This document shows, piece after piece, positions 1 through 11,950 of a stretch of 64,000 bases of DNA. The stretch's first letter is position 1. Each line of letters starts with the position of its first letter. The translations under genes were made by a program, and so were the position numbers. The notes below the pieces were generated by a model. That model saw only the letters and a list, made by a program, of their open reading frames with translations. It had not been told where the DNA came from and did no database searches. Source of the DNA: Phoronis australis (Eukaryota; Animalia; Phoronida); contig NMRA01000356.1 in NCBI GenBank assembly GCA_002633005.1, positions 127,693-191,692 of the forward strand, read 5' to 3'.

Positions 1-733
1 AACAATTCCTTGCAGTCAGCAATCAGTGCCTTGAAAACAATTCTTATCAATAAGCAGTCAGTATTAACGACTTAAATAAATAGAGAAATATTCGACGGTT
101 ACATAGCAATCAGCGGTTTAAGTTTTGCTGAAGCCACATGTGACTTCACAGCACCCAGTCCCATCTTTATCAGGAAAATTTCTTTGTTGCATATAACGCA
201 TAACGCTTTATGTGTACTAAACTTGCATTCTGATAGACAGATCTTGTACGGTTCGACCTTCAGCCAAATTCTATTGAAAACGCTCTTCCCCATTCTCAGT
301 TATGGACTAGTGAAATGGCAGCAGTCACGATGTAATTCAATTACGTCTACCTCCCCTCGATAGAACCATTTAGCAGGTTCCCCGTACAAATTGTAAGTGG
401 CCTGGAAAAGTACTACTGCAGCGCCAGAAACACAATGAATTGGAGAAATGCAGAACTACAAAGTTGTCTCTCCTTACCTTACAAACTATTAACCGAGTTT
501 TATTAAATTAAACCAAAATGCCAACAGGAGTAAACAAGAACAATTTTTCACGACCTTGGAGAAAAGGATCTAAAAACATTCCAAACAAATGAAAACTAGA
601 ATTTCGGAACAGAAACAGAGATTTTTAAGGCCAATAGCTTAAATTTAGGGCCTTTTCAAGATCGAAGTGCAAATTACGGCCTTTTTAGGGCCCGAGCCCA
701 AAATTCCAGATCTTTTCAAGCCTGTACGAACCA
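1..733 (-). mobile_element. Degenerate DNA transposon 5' end (hAT-like) with BED-type zinc-finger remnant, in a BUB1 intron
   Basis: ORF 293-99 MGKSVFNRIWL...ALCVICNKEIFLIKMGLGAVKSH resembles the CxxC...SH zinc-finger start of hAT-family transposases. The minus strand near 733 reads tGGTTCGTACAGG, resembling CAGGGTTCGTAC-type termini. Confidence 0.5.
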
Positions 734-905
734 TAAACAGTTTCCATAGTACTTGAATCATGAGAATCTTTGCCTCCATAAGTGATTCATTTTACTCGAG
801 ATGGAAAGCAATGTGAACTGATTGGGCTACTCTCATTGTAAATATTACATTAAATAAATAATAAATAAATCTTGTTGATCTGATTCTGCCAACTATTATT
901 TCAAG

Positions 906-1082
906 AGGAGGCAGTGCCACCTAGTGGGATAAGCATCCGCTTCCTTAACTCAAGGTCATGGGTTCAAGTCCCACTGGGGCACACTCAGCTCTATTCTAAC
1001 TATATATTTTAATTATTAAGCATAATAATAGGCGCTGGTAATCAGTGCAATGGACCAATCTGAGCACCTGCAATTATTTTTT
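906..1082 (+). mobile_element. tRNA-derived SINE, copy 1
   Basis: Head gaggaggcagtg...tccgctt.cttaactcaaggt...GGTTCAAGTCCC (B box)...ggggcacact and tail cctgcaa.tatttttt are shared with the copy at 61587-61816. Confidence 0.65.
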
Positions 1083-1100
1083 AACTATCAGTTCACTCAC

Positions 1101-4100
1101 CTTCCATCAATTTCTCTTCCTTAAATCTATTCTTGGCTCTCATCCGCGCCGCTCTTAGCTCCTCAAAGGAGAACTCATCGGCTCCAGCGTATACTTTGTG
1201 CTTGCAGTACATGGGCCGAAAGCCCGGCTCGCTAATGTTGCCGTACCTGTTGATATTTTGCAGTGGGTCGCTAGGCTTTTCTGGTTTACGACTGCTCAAC
1301 ACAAGCTGGTTTATTTCAGGCTGCTTCTTGGGAGTGCTGAAACAACGCCACATGTTTTCAGTAATTATCAACATTGCCCTCAATCAGAGGGTCGTTTCCT
1401 GAATGGCCTAAAATTTGGTCACCAGGTCGTTATATTTTTTGGAAGACTAGGCTGATGTCTTAAACTACTAATTGCATGCTCATAGATATCATCTTGTCAA
1501 CAATGTTTAATATTCAATAAATTTTGGACTAATCATTATTAAACTCTGATGAAAGGAATAGAACAATTATCAAATTCTCAAGGAAGCCAACAATGTGTCA
1601 GTTGGTAGTGGTCAACTGTAAAACTGTACTCTTCAATTCTGGATCAGCTGAAATACATTCCTCCAAGTGCGTCAATCAACTTTGTATTCTTTATCCTCAA
1701 CATCATTTTCAGAATCCTCCAGCAACAAAATTGTTTATTTCGCGTTCAGAAAACATTCATTCAAGAAGTTCTCATTTGTTCCTTCTGATTTGCCCTACAT
1801 ATCCATCACAATCAGCCGCGTCAATCATGGGAAAAGGGGAGATAAATCTTATTTATTTTCTGCGTGTCTGTGGTGTTACAACACCATGTCAGTAAAATAG
1901 TTTTTAAAATCTAAACAATTAATTTAGGAGTTATTTATGAGATAATTTTAATTATCACTGTCATCTTAATTGTTTACATTAACTAGACTTGCAAACAGTG
2001 AATAGGTTTTAAGTTGGGCTTTAACTGGGGAACTGGTAAAGCAAGAGCAGTCTTTAAAAGCAAACACCAAACAAGTTGCATCACTGCAAGACCAACGGCA
2101 GGCATTACCTAAGGCATTGGCAGTACTTACACCATTGGAACATCAAAGTTTTCGTCAATGTGGACTTTGAAGTTCTGTGAAGTGTTTCGGTTAATAGCAG
2201 ACACTGGAACAGCGGCGACACCACTCTGTGACACCTGACAATGTCAGTTAATGTGTGATAAATTCGAAAATAACAAACCCCGAACTTGATCAGTAACCAC
2301 CTGACGTATCCATTATAATCAGTACTCACTTAAACTGTTAATGTTATATCTAAGTCTTTGTGCGACAGTAAAGATTAAATTTAAGTGAATAAGAACCATA
2401 GAAGATCATAAAACTAGTACACCAGTGCATAATTGAAAGTCACACGTTTGGCATACATAAACGAAAAACAAAATCTTTACACTAGTTTGCGATATCAACA
2501 TTAACAAGATTTTTGACTCATTTCAACAAATAGAAACAGTTGATGATTATTTTCAGACTTCTATATTAGCTGATAAACATATTTCCAGTTTTGACAAAAT
2601 GTGACAGTTAGAAATATTACTCAAACCTTAGCAGACTTCCAGACGCCTGCTTTCTGTGAGTTTTCTTTATTGAACTCCTTCTGAGGTGCTAATTTCTGCC
2701 ATTCTCCCGTCTGTTCCGCCAACACAGAGGGTGCAATATTCTCCTCATCAAAAATCTTAAACGACTGACCTTTCTGTTGTAATGGTTGAGGTTTCAACCC
2801 CAAGCCTCTCGAACCTAAACAAAAATGCCCATGCTTGCAAGATTCAAATTCTTGTATACGAAACATTCAATCTCTGCCTCTAAAACCATTCAGAACTTCC
2901 AAGTGATTTTTACTTTGCATGAAGTGAAGAAAATGTTAAATTAAATCAAACATCTGGAAATTGAATTAATACCGCTTTTAGCCTATTTTAACAACATTTG
3001 AACATGTAAGGGTTCTTACTCTGTTTTTGAAATCCTGGTCCCCTGTTGCTAGCTACACGACCCTTCTTTGATGCCCGCAGTTGAGCAAGAGTTGACCTCT
3101 GCTCACCAGGGGTCTCTTCAGGAGGATCTACAAGTTCACCGGCTGCCCTCCTTGCAACCCTGGCTTGAAATTCACTATGAATACAAAAAACTCTTCAACA
3201 CATATCCTCATTTCTACAAGCACATTTAACATCACTCAGTTTAAATAATAAAACAAATTTACAGTCAAAGTTTCAAACATGGCAAAATTCACAGGGCACA
3301 AAATGACTTGCTAAAACAAGAAACCCCATATCTGGGACTGTAAAAGTTATGGCCCCTACAATCATCTAGTGCTCCAATAGAGAAGAAAAATCCCAGTTTA
3401 GTCTAATTCTAGGAAAATATATTTCTGTCTACCATTTATTTAGTGGACTCAATAGTTTAAAGCTCAATCGTGAACTTACAAGGCAGTTATAAAATATGAT
3501 ATCCCGATAATCAGTTCATACTAGTATTTAAACCTGTTCCCAAACTTTCATAATTATTGAGTAAATAGAGGTTACCTATACTGCCATTGAGTAAGAGCCT
3601 TGTTGTTTATCGTATTGACTGTAAATGTGATGCCCTTTATATTTTGTCTTATCCAAAGGTTTGGTGATCGGCACCTCAGCCAGCAGAACTGTGTTCAGGC
3701 GTTGTTCAGACACTGATCACTCAGCTGATGGTGTAAAGACTGTTATCTCAGATAACCAGAGAGAAAGCATTTTTGACAATAGAAGACTAGACTGACTACA
3801 CACTGAGTGCTGCCAAGTGTTTACTAACCTGTAGTTATGGTCACCTGTTGTATGTATCTCTTGTACACATTGGCACAAATGGCTTCCCTGTTAGAACACT
3901 CGATGTCTGCTTCTACTTATTTGATAATGAAGCAAAACGTGTTGTTTTACAATGAACAGGGCTTGGAATGACCAATGACAAAAAAACGTGGAAACTTTGA
4001 AACTTTTACGGCCCAAATCTTGCCCGATAACCAGCCTTGAAATGGTCAGTATGAACCTTTCCCAGACAAAAATCGGGAGGACTAAAAAAAAAATAAAAAA

Positions 4101-7100
4101 ATAAAAAAAACGTTACCACCATCAGTAGCATGCATCTGCGTCCTTTCAGCTCGCCCGTCCACTCCCAACCCACACATTTTTGGCTGCAGAGCGGTAGTAT
4201 TTGTCGCCGCGCTTAACAATAACACGAGATGCCATTGAAAATCTCCCACCACGCTGTCCCAGATGCCCCGGCAATGTTGACAATTTACGTTCCTCCGAAA
4301 CATAAAGAGCAACTTCCGCTTTTCGAGGTGAACTATGTCTGCAACGCCGCGGTAAGAAAGGAATTTGCCGCGGAAATTTTATGTCAAATCCGATTTTTTT
4401 ACGCGGAAATATTATAAAAAAGCGGAAAGCACATTTGAAAAAAGCGGAAATCCGCGTTTCCGCGGAAAATTCCAAGCCCTGAATGAATTTCTTTATGGTT
4501 GCAATTGCTTTAATTTTTCAACAATTCTAGGGATGTCCTACTTAGGTGACTGAACAATAACTTAAAAACCAAAGTAACAGAAAAACACCATTCAGTTATA
4601 TCCAACAGTAATGAACTAGCTTCAATAAAGCTGGAAACTCAACTGTCTTGACAAAAGTGCATCCTGAATATTGGTTTAGTAACAACTTGTACCTGTGTTG
4701 GCGCATCAAAGAGTCCACAGGTTGTGCCCCTCTCTTCTTGCCTTCGTTGAATACAGCATCAGCTTTCTTTGTGCTGTTAATTCTCTCAAGCTCCCAAGCC
4801 CAGGCCTCATAAAATAGTGCAACCTAGCAAAGCGTGCAGAATTACATAGATAATTCAAAGCCAACTTTGCACTTTTACACCAGCCAATTGGCAGATACAA
4901 TGGTTACTGAACTACACCAGCCTACTGGCAGATACGATGGTTACTGAACTACACCAGCCAACTGGCAGACACCATGGTTACTGAACTACACCAGCCAACT
5001 GGTACGATGGTTACTTGGCAACATTTACCCGACCAAACTGATTTAACCAAATAAGGTTGTTACCTATTCTTGCACACCACAATAAACTGAGAGTATTTCT
5101 TTACTTAAATTTAATTGTATTGTAATAATTCTCCACTAATTTCACCCAAAAATAATTTCCAAAATATGATTGCCAACTTTTCTGTTTTTCAATGGTTGAT
5201 TACCTTGCTGTAAATACAGCAAACTTGCCAAAAGTAAAAACGAAGCTTGTAACAGACCATCTTTCCTTCTATTTTTGATGAGAAGTAGGACAAAACAGAA
5301 TTTCATTTGTCCGCCGTAATGTGTGCTGAATAATTGAAGAATTATTGTATTATACTTAAATAATATTTAGCACCAGTACTTCAGGAAATAAATGCATATA
5401 AATAATGACTGTAACACTCACACATATATGCCATTAGTGTAATATAAAACTAATACAAGGAGTCTTCATAATTTTAGATAACAAAAAGTACCATGTGTTG
5501 CACACACACATAATAAACTGGTGACAACCACTACAATTTTACAAGTCTGTTGCAGTACAGTCAATAGTTATCATATTTTCAAACCTGAGTTCCAATATCT
5601 TGGTCGAAGAGAAACTGGTATATGGCTAACGAGTCATTGCAGTAATTGGACTGAAATGAAACAGAAACTTGATTTCAGCACTGAGGTGAAAATGTACTGA
5701 GAAAGTAACATGTGAAGTCAGATGAAAGTCTCACTTCCAATCATGGTCTACAGTACTTGGATTGTCAACTCTGTATATTCTCAATGAATAAAATCTGTGA
5801 TCTTGAGCCCAAGCATCAACCAACGCTATTGGTCTCAACATCATTATTCACTAGTGGCACCTAGTGTAATGAACATTTCACTTCAGGCAAGTATGTCATC
5901 TGCTCACAAACCAGAAGCTAAAATGAAATCCCTGGCACTGTAGATACAACAATCACCTAACACAGCATTGGTCATGCTTTATACTTACGAACTTTATCCA
6001 CGCTTCTATGTAACGTTCATCGTTCTTGTATCGGTCATCATCTTTAAACATGGCGAGACACTGTTCCAGAATGGAGGATAGGTTACACTCCTTCCCGCCC
6101 TTAGGAAAGTTCTGCTCAATCCACTTGATGTACCTTGGAGTGTAAATATGTGTTGTTATTGTCCACAAGTTGTGGATCCTATTCACATTGTGTTGTTATT
6201 GTCCACAAGTTCTGCAAGGATTTTGCAGTGTCCAGACATATGGTAAGTTTGGAAATGATTTTTGCCAAGCATATCTAAAGTCATGATTGCAGTATGACTC
6301 ACAAAATGAAGATTTTCTTAAAGAGTTTTGCCCCTTTTCAAACAAGGAAATTATTTTGTTTCATGTGTGTAAACTATTGGTCGTTACAATGGGGGTAAAG
6401 TTACATGATGATATCTCGACAATAACAAGTTGAACTCCTTATGGGTATCTGGACACTCCGGTTCAAATATTTACTATAACTTTACAATGATTCCAACATC
6501 CAAAGATATCAAACTGAATACCTTTCCTAACTGACTAAGGTACACTATCATACATTCAACTGCCAGTAAAGAGAGCAATCTTGGTTTTTGTTGTTTTTTT
6601 TAATGCCATCTCATGCAAAATTGGTACATTTTTAAAAAATCCTAACAGTGTTTTGGAGAATCGTGCAAAAGGCAAAGAATCTAAAAGTTTCATACAAATC
6701 TGATCTTCTGATATTCTATGTTCTGAAAGCTCCTACATAGCGTTAAAAAGTATAGTTCAAAGTAAACACTCCAGGTGGATTTAACAGACAAGCATAGATG
6801 CTTCCCTATACTGGAAACACCTAACTTTGGTGTCGTGAAGTTATCAGCAGATGTTGCCGTCAACAATGGCATCAACTGTGTTGAAAATTTGCAGATATTT
6901 TCTTGAAATATTTACGCATACTTAAATGCTTGAGTTAAAAATTACTATGCCACCTTGCAATAACTTCGCAGATCATTAAAGTCAATGGAAAAGCTCAAGT
7001 TAATTTTACTGTTGACGTAAAAGCACTTTTTGTAGCAGACTTAACTCGACAATGGAAGACGGCCTTCAGAACAGCAAAACATATATACATTATATTGAAC

Positions 7101-10100
7101 TGTTAAAACAAAAGTTGAAGCGAGTAACCATGACAACAAGTACCTGTCCCAGACACTAAAAGGATCATCTCCACTGTATGTCCGTATATCAGCTTCGAAC
7201 GTTCTGAAACAGAATTGAGAATCAAATTTTGTTAAATGGGGACTGAGGAGGAAATGCAATTCCATAAAAGCACATTTCATAATTTTGAAAGAATTATAAT
7301 TTTTCATAGTTTGTGAACTGGCTATTACAACTAGTGTAAACAAAAAGACCCCTCAAAGTCTAAAATCATATCATCAAGTCGCAAATCACTTATTTAATTG
7401 ACATGGTGTATTACATTGATTTACAAAAATAACATTCTTTGATTAAAAATAAGTAGTTCATGGGGGTGGACATTTTGTGTATTTATTCATTTTGAAATAG
7501 TAACCTGCTTTTGTGAAAAGCAAAATGTGAGACTGACAACAAGAACATGTCATTGGGTAGTAAGATGAACAACTTCTTCAACCAGTTATACGAATGGTAC
7601 AGTCAATGACAATGAAACATGTTGGACATAGCAATAATATAATCTGCCTTGATTAAAAGTTTTGCCATCAAAAGATCACACAGGGCACCATTTTTTAAAA
7701 CCTAGACACAAATATCTCTAATGTGGCAAGTTGGTAAACTCAATTCTGCATTATAGTGTGGACAGAATAGAGTTCATTATAATGAATCACAAACTTGATT
7801 CTTACTGGTTTGAAGGTGCCAGTCAGAACAGGAGCTTATCTCTTTCAAAGAGCATACTACTTAAAAGTCTTCTATAGTGATTCTCCACACAGAGAAATAG
7901 GCACGTTTTACGATGTTCCCAGTCCTGGCACTATGTGATGAGGACATCCATAGCAAACTACAATGTGACTGACTGTTATCTGACTCCTGTTGGAATACTG
8001 TGGTGAATCTGCAGTGAGAGCAGAAATATATAAAGACCTCAGTCTCTAAATAACTCGCCTACAGGTAATTGCTGTTTGGTGAAATGGTTAGGACGCCTGG
8101 CTTTGAAACAAGAGGTACCGAATTCGAAACTTGGAACAAGGTGATCTTCACTATATTGGCCCCCAACAACGTAAGTACGGCAAAGTGGGACCACAGCCTC
8201 CTGAGTTTGATAGTGCTATGATGACTGAGGATGGTTATTTTCATGTATAGTGCCGAGGAGGTGTACGTAGCGATGGCTGATATGATGTTTAGTTCCAGGT
8301 ACCATGATCCTTAGTCATTGGATGGGGAAGATTATGGTAAATGTGCAGTGAATTCAAAACTCGGAACAAGCTGATTTTTCCCTTTTTCTAGTAATATCTT
8401 CGACTGTGAAAGTCCCTTCTATACATATACTACAGTAACAAAACATGAGATTACCAAACCCAGATATCAAACCAGGGACCCCGATAAAACTGCCCATTAG
8501 CAAGTGGCTAACAGATGCTGATATAATTCACCGGCAGCACATCTACAACACTAAGCAATTGATCAACATACAAGACACTAAAAAGAAAGAAATGAGCTCC
8601 TGGGATATTTACTAAGCCGATTTATCGCTGTAGAGATAAGTATATAACACCTGGTCCTTCTACTCATCATCAAGAGGCATGCTGATCGTGACTCTGCCAC
8701 AAATGCAATGTTGAGATTCAACACCAGAGAGAGATATGTACGCTTTAATAGTACACTTAACTACTTGCCAAGATGGCATTTTTGCCTAGCAAATTGTCAG
8801 ACTACAACTGTGAGAGGTTGTGGATTCAAATCACCTTGGGGTAGAGGATGATTTCAATTTCATTACATATAGAGCAAGAGATTCTTTTCTAATTGTTGTG
8901 ACACGTGACTTCCGGGTGTGATGTACAGCCAGACAAAGCCTCTATAAATTGCTTTCCGAGCAGCAATTGCCTCTTGGCATAACGGTTTAGATACTCCGCT
9001 CTCACACTTGCAACCTTGGTTCAAGCACTGATGTCGGAAAGTTTCTTCATTATCACCCAAACACGCTAGAACTCACAACCAGACACGATGTCAGTACTGC
9101 TCTCAGGGCAGAACGGAGTCACGCTCCAGCAGCTGCAGGGGAAACCCATACCAGAGACGTGGTCGACCTGAGGCAGCAGGTGGTGCGCTTGATCTGTTGA
9201 AGGGAGAGGAGTGTGTAACACGTTCTCGACTGGGTGTGACGAAATGCTCAGCTCTCACACTTGCAACTCGCATTCAAGACCTGGTACTGGAAAAATTTTC
9301 TTCATAATGAGTAAGACTTAAGAGATTTATCTGTTGTAATCGTCAACATCATTCGCCCTTGACCTTTCTGTGGTGTCTTGTGATTTGTCAAGTTTCATTG
9401 TCTCCAGGATGTTTGTTTTATTGATATTGCTAGCGGGAGGCTGCTGGTAGTCTTTCAGCATGCAATCAGGCCATCTCTGCCATCAGGGATGAGCACCTAG
9501 ATTGGGTTTTATTTGTTGTAGATGTGCTTCCGGTGAATCATATGAGCCTCTGTTAGCTACTCGCTAATGGGCAATTGCTTATTAGCTGAATGGTTAGCAC
9601 GCTTGCCGGTTTTATGAGGGTCGCTGGTTCGATTCCCGGGTCGTGTAATCTCGGCTATTACTACAAATGGCGTAGTTGGCAAACAGACGATCTACCGATG
9701 AAGCACTGCCAACTAGTACCCGTGGACCTTGGGACGGCGTGCATGGAAGGTTCCAGGAGTCAAGGACCTGTAGGAGAGACTACCTTGTGTTCACCTGTGT
9801 TGTGGTGGTAAAGGTACCAAGGGACGTTGATGTCCTGTATGCGAGACATCCTGGTGTTCACCTTACTGGTGGCGTGCCTGTTCCGTAGGGAAGGGGGGGA
9901 ATGCAGGCCTTTATGCAGCGTACGTCCAAATGGACGCCCTAGCACTAATATGGACACTCTGGCAAGGACCCAATGTATCCTTTAGACGCCCACTGTCAAT
10001 AGGAACCTTTCAAGTTTGGACACACACATTGTAATGATTACTAGGATGCCTCTGAAGGCTCAGTGGGGGCTCCTTTTTCAAAGCAGGAAGAAACATACAA

Positions 10101-11516
10101 TGTATATACAAAGTATATACAATGTTGCTATGCTCACACTTGGTTGATAGCAGTGGCGGATCTAGGATATCACAAGGGGGGGCCAACATTTTGTCCAGCT
10201 GTAAGCATTTGCGCAAAGTGAACCACAATTGTAGATCCGCATAGCACCGAATGGGGGGAGGTTGCCCAGGAAATTTTTCTGTTTTTACCTCTAAAAATCA
10301 AGCATTTCCCTTGATTCCTGAAGAAAAAAAGGCAAAAAAAGGAGAACGTGTCAAACAGGAAAAACTGCAAGTTCCAAAGATTCGAACTCACGACCTTGCA
10401 GTTAGAGCGCACATGCATTACCACTACTCCACCACGAATTAACTACTAATCATATACAAAGAGACCTACTTGTTTATGGTCCACAGCGTTTGCGCGCGAA
10501 ACCTATTTCTTTTTGTAATGCTTATTACACGTTTTATATTTTGTGCCATCAATTCTTAACAAATTTGTCGTATTTAAAATAGTCTTCAAATGCCCAAACG
10601 ACCAAATCCGTTTTTCGTGTTGGCAATAATGACAGGATTGCTTTGGAAATCGTCCTAAGATAAGGTTTGACAAAGAGAGTATTGCGAGTTTCTGTGTGAT
10701 TCACTAAGGCTTCGATTAAAATTCACATCTTACCAGCAGCTTCTGTTTTTTCATCGTCACTCAGGTTCCATTTTCTTTAAAAANNNNNNNNNNNNNNNNN
10801 NNNNNNNNNNNNNNNNNNNNNNNNNNNNNNNNNNNNNNNNNNNNNNNNNNNNNNNNNNNNNNNNNNNNNNNNNNNNNNNNNNNNNNNNNNNNNNNNNNNN
10901 NNNNNNNNNNNNNNNNNNNNNNNNNNNNNNNNNNNNNNNNNNNNNNNNNNNNNNNNNNNNNNNNNNNNNNNNNNNNNNNNNNNNNNNNNNNNNNNNNNNN
11001 NNNNNNNNNNNNNNNNNNNNNNNNNNNNNNNNNNNNNNNNNNNNNNNNNNNNCACAATAAAATGGCTGCCGAAGGCAGTGCACATTTGAAATAACTCGGC
11101 ACAAATTAAAGAAAACTTCCGAATCGATGAATGCGGTATATCTGTGAGAGTTAAATCGAATCCTATTCAGATCATAACTTTGAAGTGGAATAATTCGGTG
11201 AGTACAACAGCAAGTCGGTTTTATGCTTAGGCGGACGAACATTGGGTTCCCCAGTATACTACATAACATAAGCTTGTGTAGATGCGTTTAAATGGCGAGT
11301 ACTTCTAGAAGCTTAGCTAGTAAACCTGTAGGAATACAACATTTTTATTATCAAAACTTACTGTTTTTCCTCCCTTAACCTGGCTTGCTGGTCGCTTGAA
11401 TTAGGCTGCAAGGCTGCTGTTAAATTGGCAAATTTACGACCATGTTTTAGCGGTTGAACATTTTCTTTGCTCAGTTCCCACTCATTCGCGACGGCTATTT
11501 CGTCCCGGTTCTCCAT
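1101..11516 (-). CDS. BUB1: Mitotic checkpoint protein BUB1/BUBR1 (MadBub-type), N-terminal 9 coding exons; gene continues beyond the left edge
   Basis: GT-AG exons in consistent phase (minus strand): 11516-11362, 7203-7144, 6133-5989, 5650-5585, 4823-4693, 3174-3020, 2814-2627, 2234-2131, 1336-1101. Translation: MENRDEIAVANEWELSKENVQPLKHGRK (KEN1 box); Mad3/Bub1 TPR region ([25 protein letters not shown]...YKNDERYIEAWIKF...IGTQVALFYEAWAWELE...AQPVDSL); ABBA FKIFDE; KEN2 (NKENSQKAGVW); ABBA FKVHIDE; GLEBS/Bub3-binding MYCKHKVYAGADEFSFEELRA. The kinase domain is not in the window, so BUB1 vs BUB1B naming is not strictly resolvable. Confidence 0.95.
3957..4481. mobile_element. MITE with 13-bp perfect TIRs (hAT-like CAGGG termini)
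   Basis: CAGGGCTTGGAAT at 3957-3969 and ATTCCAAGCCCTG at 4469-4481; AATGAA directly flanks both ends; GC-richer interior with repeated GCGGAAA motifs near the right end. Confidence 0.8.
4877..5014. repeat. Minisatellite, about 37-bp unit, about 3.5 copies
   Basis: Repeated acaccagccaactggcagatac.atggttactgaact. Confidence 0.85.
8897..9307 (+). mobile_element. Degenerate TRIM-like element (two diverged LTR-like direct repeats with a PPT)
   Basis: tgtgacacg..gggtgtga..gctctcacacttgcaac..ttcaag..ggaaa..tttcttcat occurs from 8897 and again from 9214; the purine tract gaagggagaggag lies just before the second copy (tgtaacacg). No clear PBS. Confidence 0.45.
9517..9906 (+). mobile_element. Miniature non-autonomous LTR element with a tRNA-like sequence inside its LTR (Ajax-type TRIM); 3' LTR lost
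   Basis: LTR 9517-9665 bounded by TGTAG...CTACA, with A box TAGCTGAATGGTTA and B box GGTTCGATTCC. PBS-like TGGCGTAGTTGGCA at 9668 (tRNA-Ser-type). About 220-bp non-coding interior, then PPT AGGGAAGGGGGGGAA ending near 9901, followed by TG. Confidence 0.65.
10151..10783. mobile_element. Probable non-autonomous DNA transposon (CAGTGGCGGATCTAGG terminus) with a minus-strand tRNA-like segment; truncated by gap
   Basis: CAGTGGCGGATCTAGGA...GGGGGGGCC is a typical MITE terminus. 10374-10430 reads as a reverse tRNA-like/SINE head (gattcgaactc...accactactccac). The second end is not seen. Confidence 0.4.
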
Positions 11517-11950
11517 ATTTAAACTGAAATATTCACAAAATATTGTCAGCAACAACATCTAGGAAAATCAAGAATTAGATGCATAACCAACGACCTGCAA
11601 ACACAAAGAAAAAAAGAAATTTAAATGTCAGGACCTTCCGTTGAAAATCACCTGTTTTGAAAACGACCGCCTGGCGCATGCGCATTCAGTTTTGCTAGCT
11701 GACGGAAATGGTTGAAAGAACTTTTCACAGGTGGTAGACAGGGCATGCCCGAAAAGAAAACAACAGAAATCCTTGATTGATGATTACATTGATTACTAAA
11801 CAATGACATTTAATTCTAATAATATGTTTTTATCATAGGATTATGTGGTGATAAACTAATCAAATCTACTTTTAGGTCAATTCGATTTAACATGTCTCCC
11901 TTGAAGGGTACAAACCATTCTGAGTTGACCCCATTTGACACACTTGCAAA
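11517..11950. promoter_or_regulatory. Compact bidirectional promoter shared by BUB1 and ACOXL
   Basis: Divergent start codons at 11516 (-) and 11951 (+). The interval contains an NRF1-type palindrome GCGCATGCGCA (11674-11684), a CHR-type TTTGAA (11656-11661) and an ETS/GABPA-type CGGAAG (minus, 11635-11640). Polypyrimidine-AG acceptor-like sites on both strands suggest short 5'UTR introns. Confidence 0.7.

Noticed and set aside
9577-9648. Functional tRNA gene
   Set aside because: A and B boxes are present, but acceptor and anticodon stems pair poorly and there is no oligo-T terminator; it is embedded in an LTR-like unit.
11524-11651. Strong unpaired acceptor near 11594 (minus) as a trans-splice site
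   Set aside because: A plausible cis donor (CAG|GTGATT at 11651) lies about 58 nt upstream, so a short 5'UTR intron explains it; it cannot be decided without cDNA.
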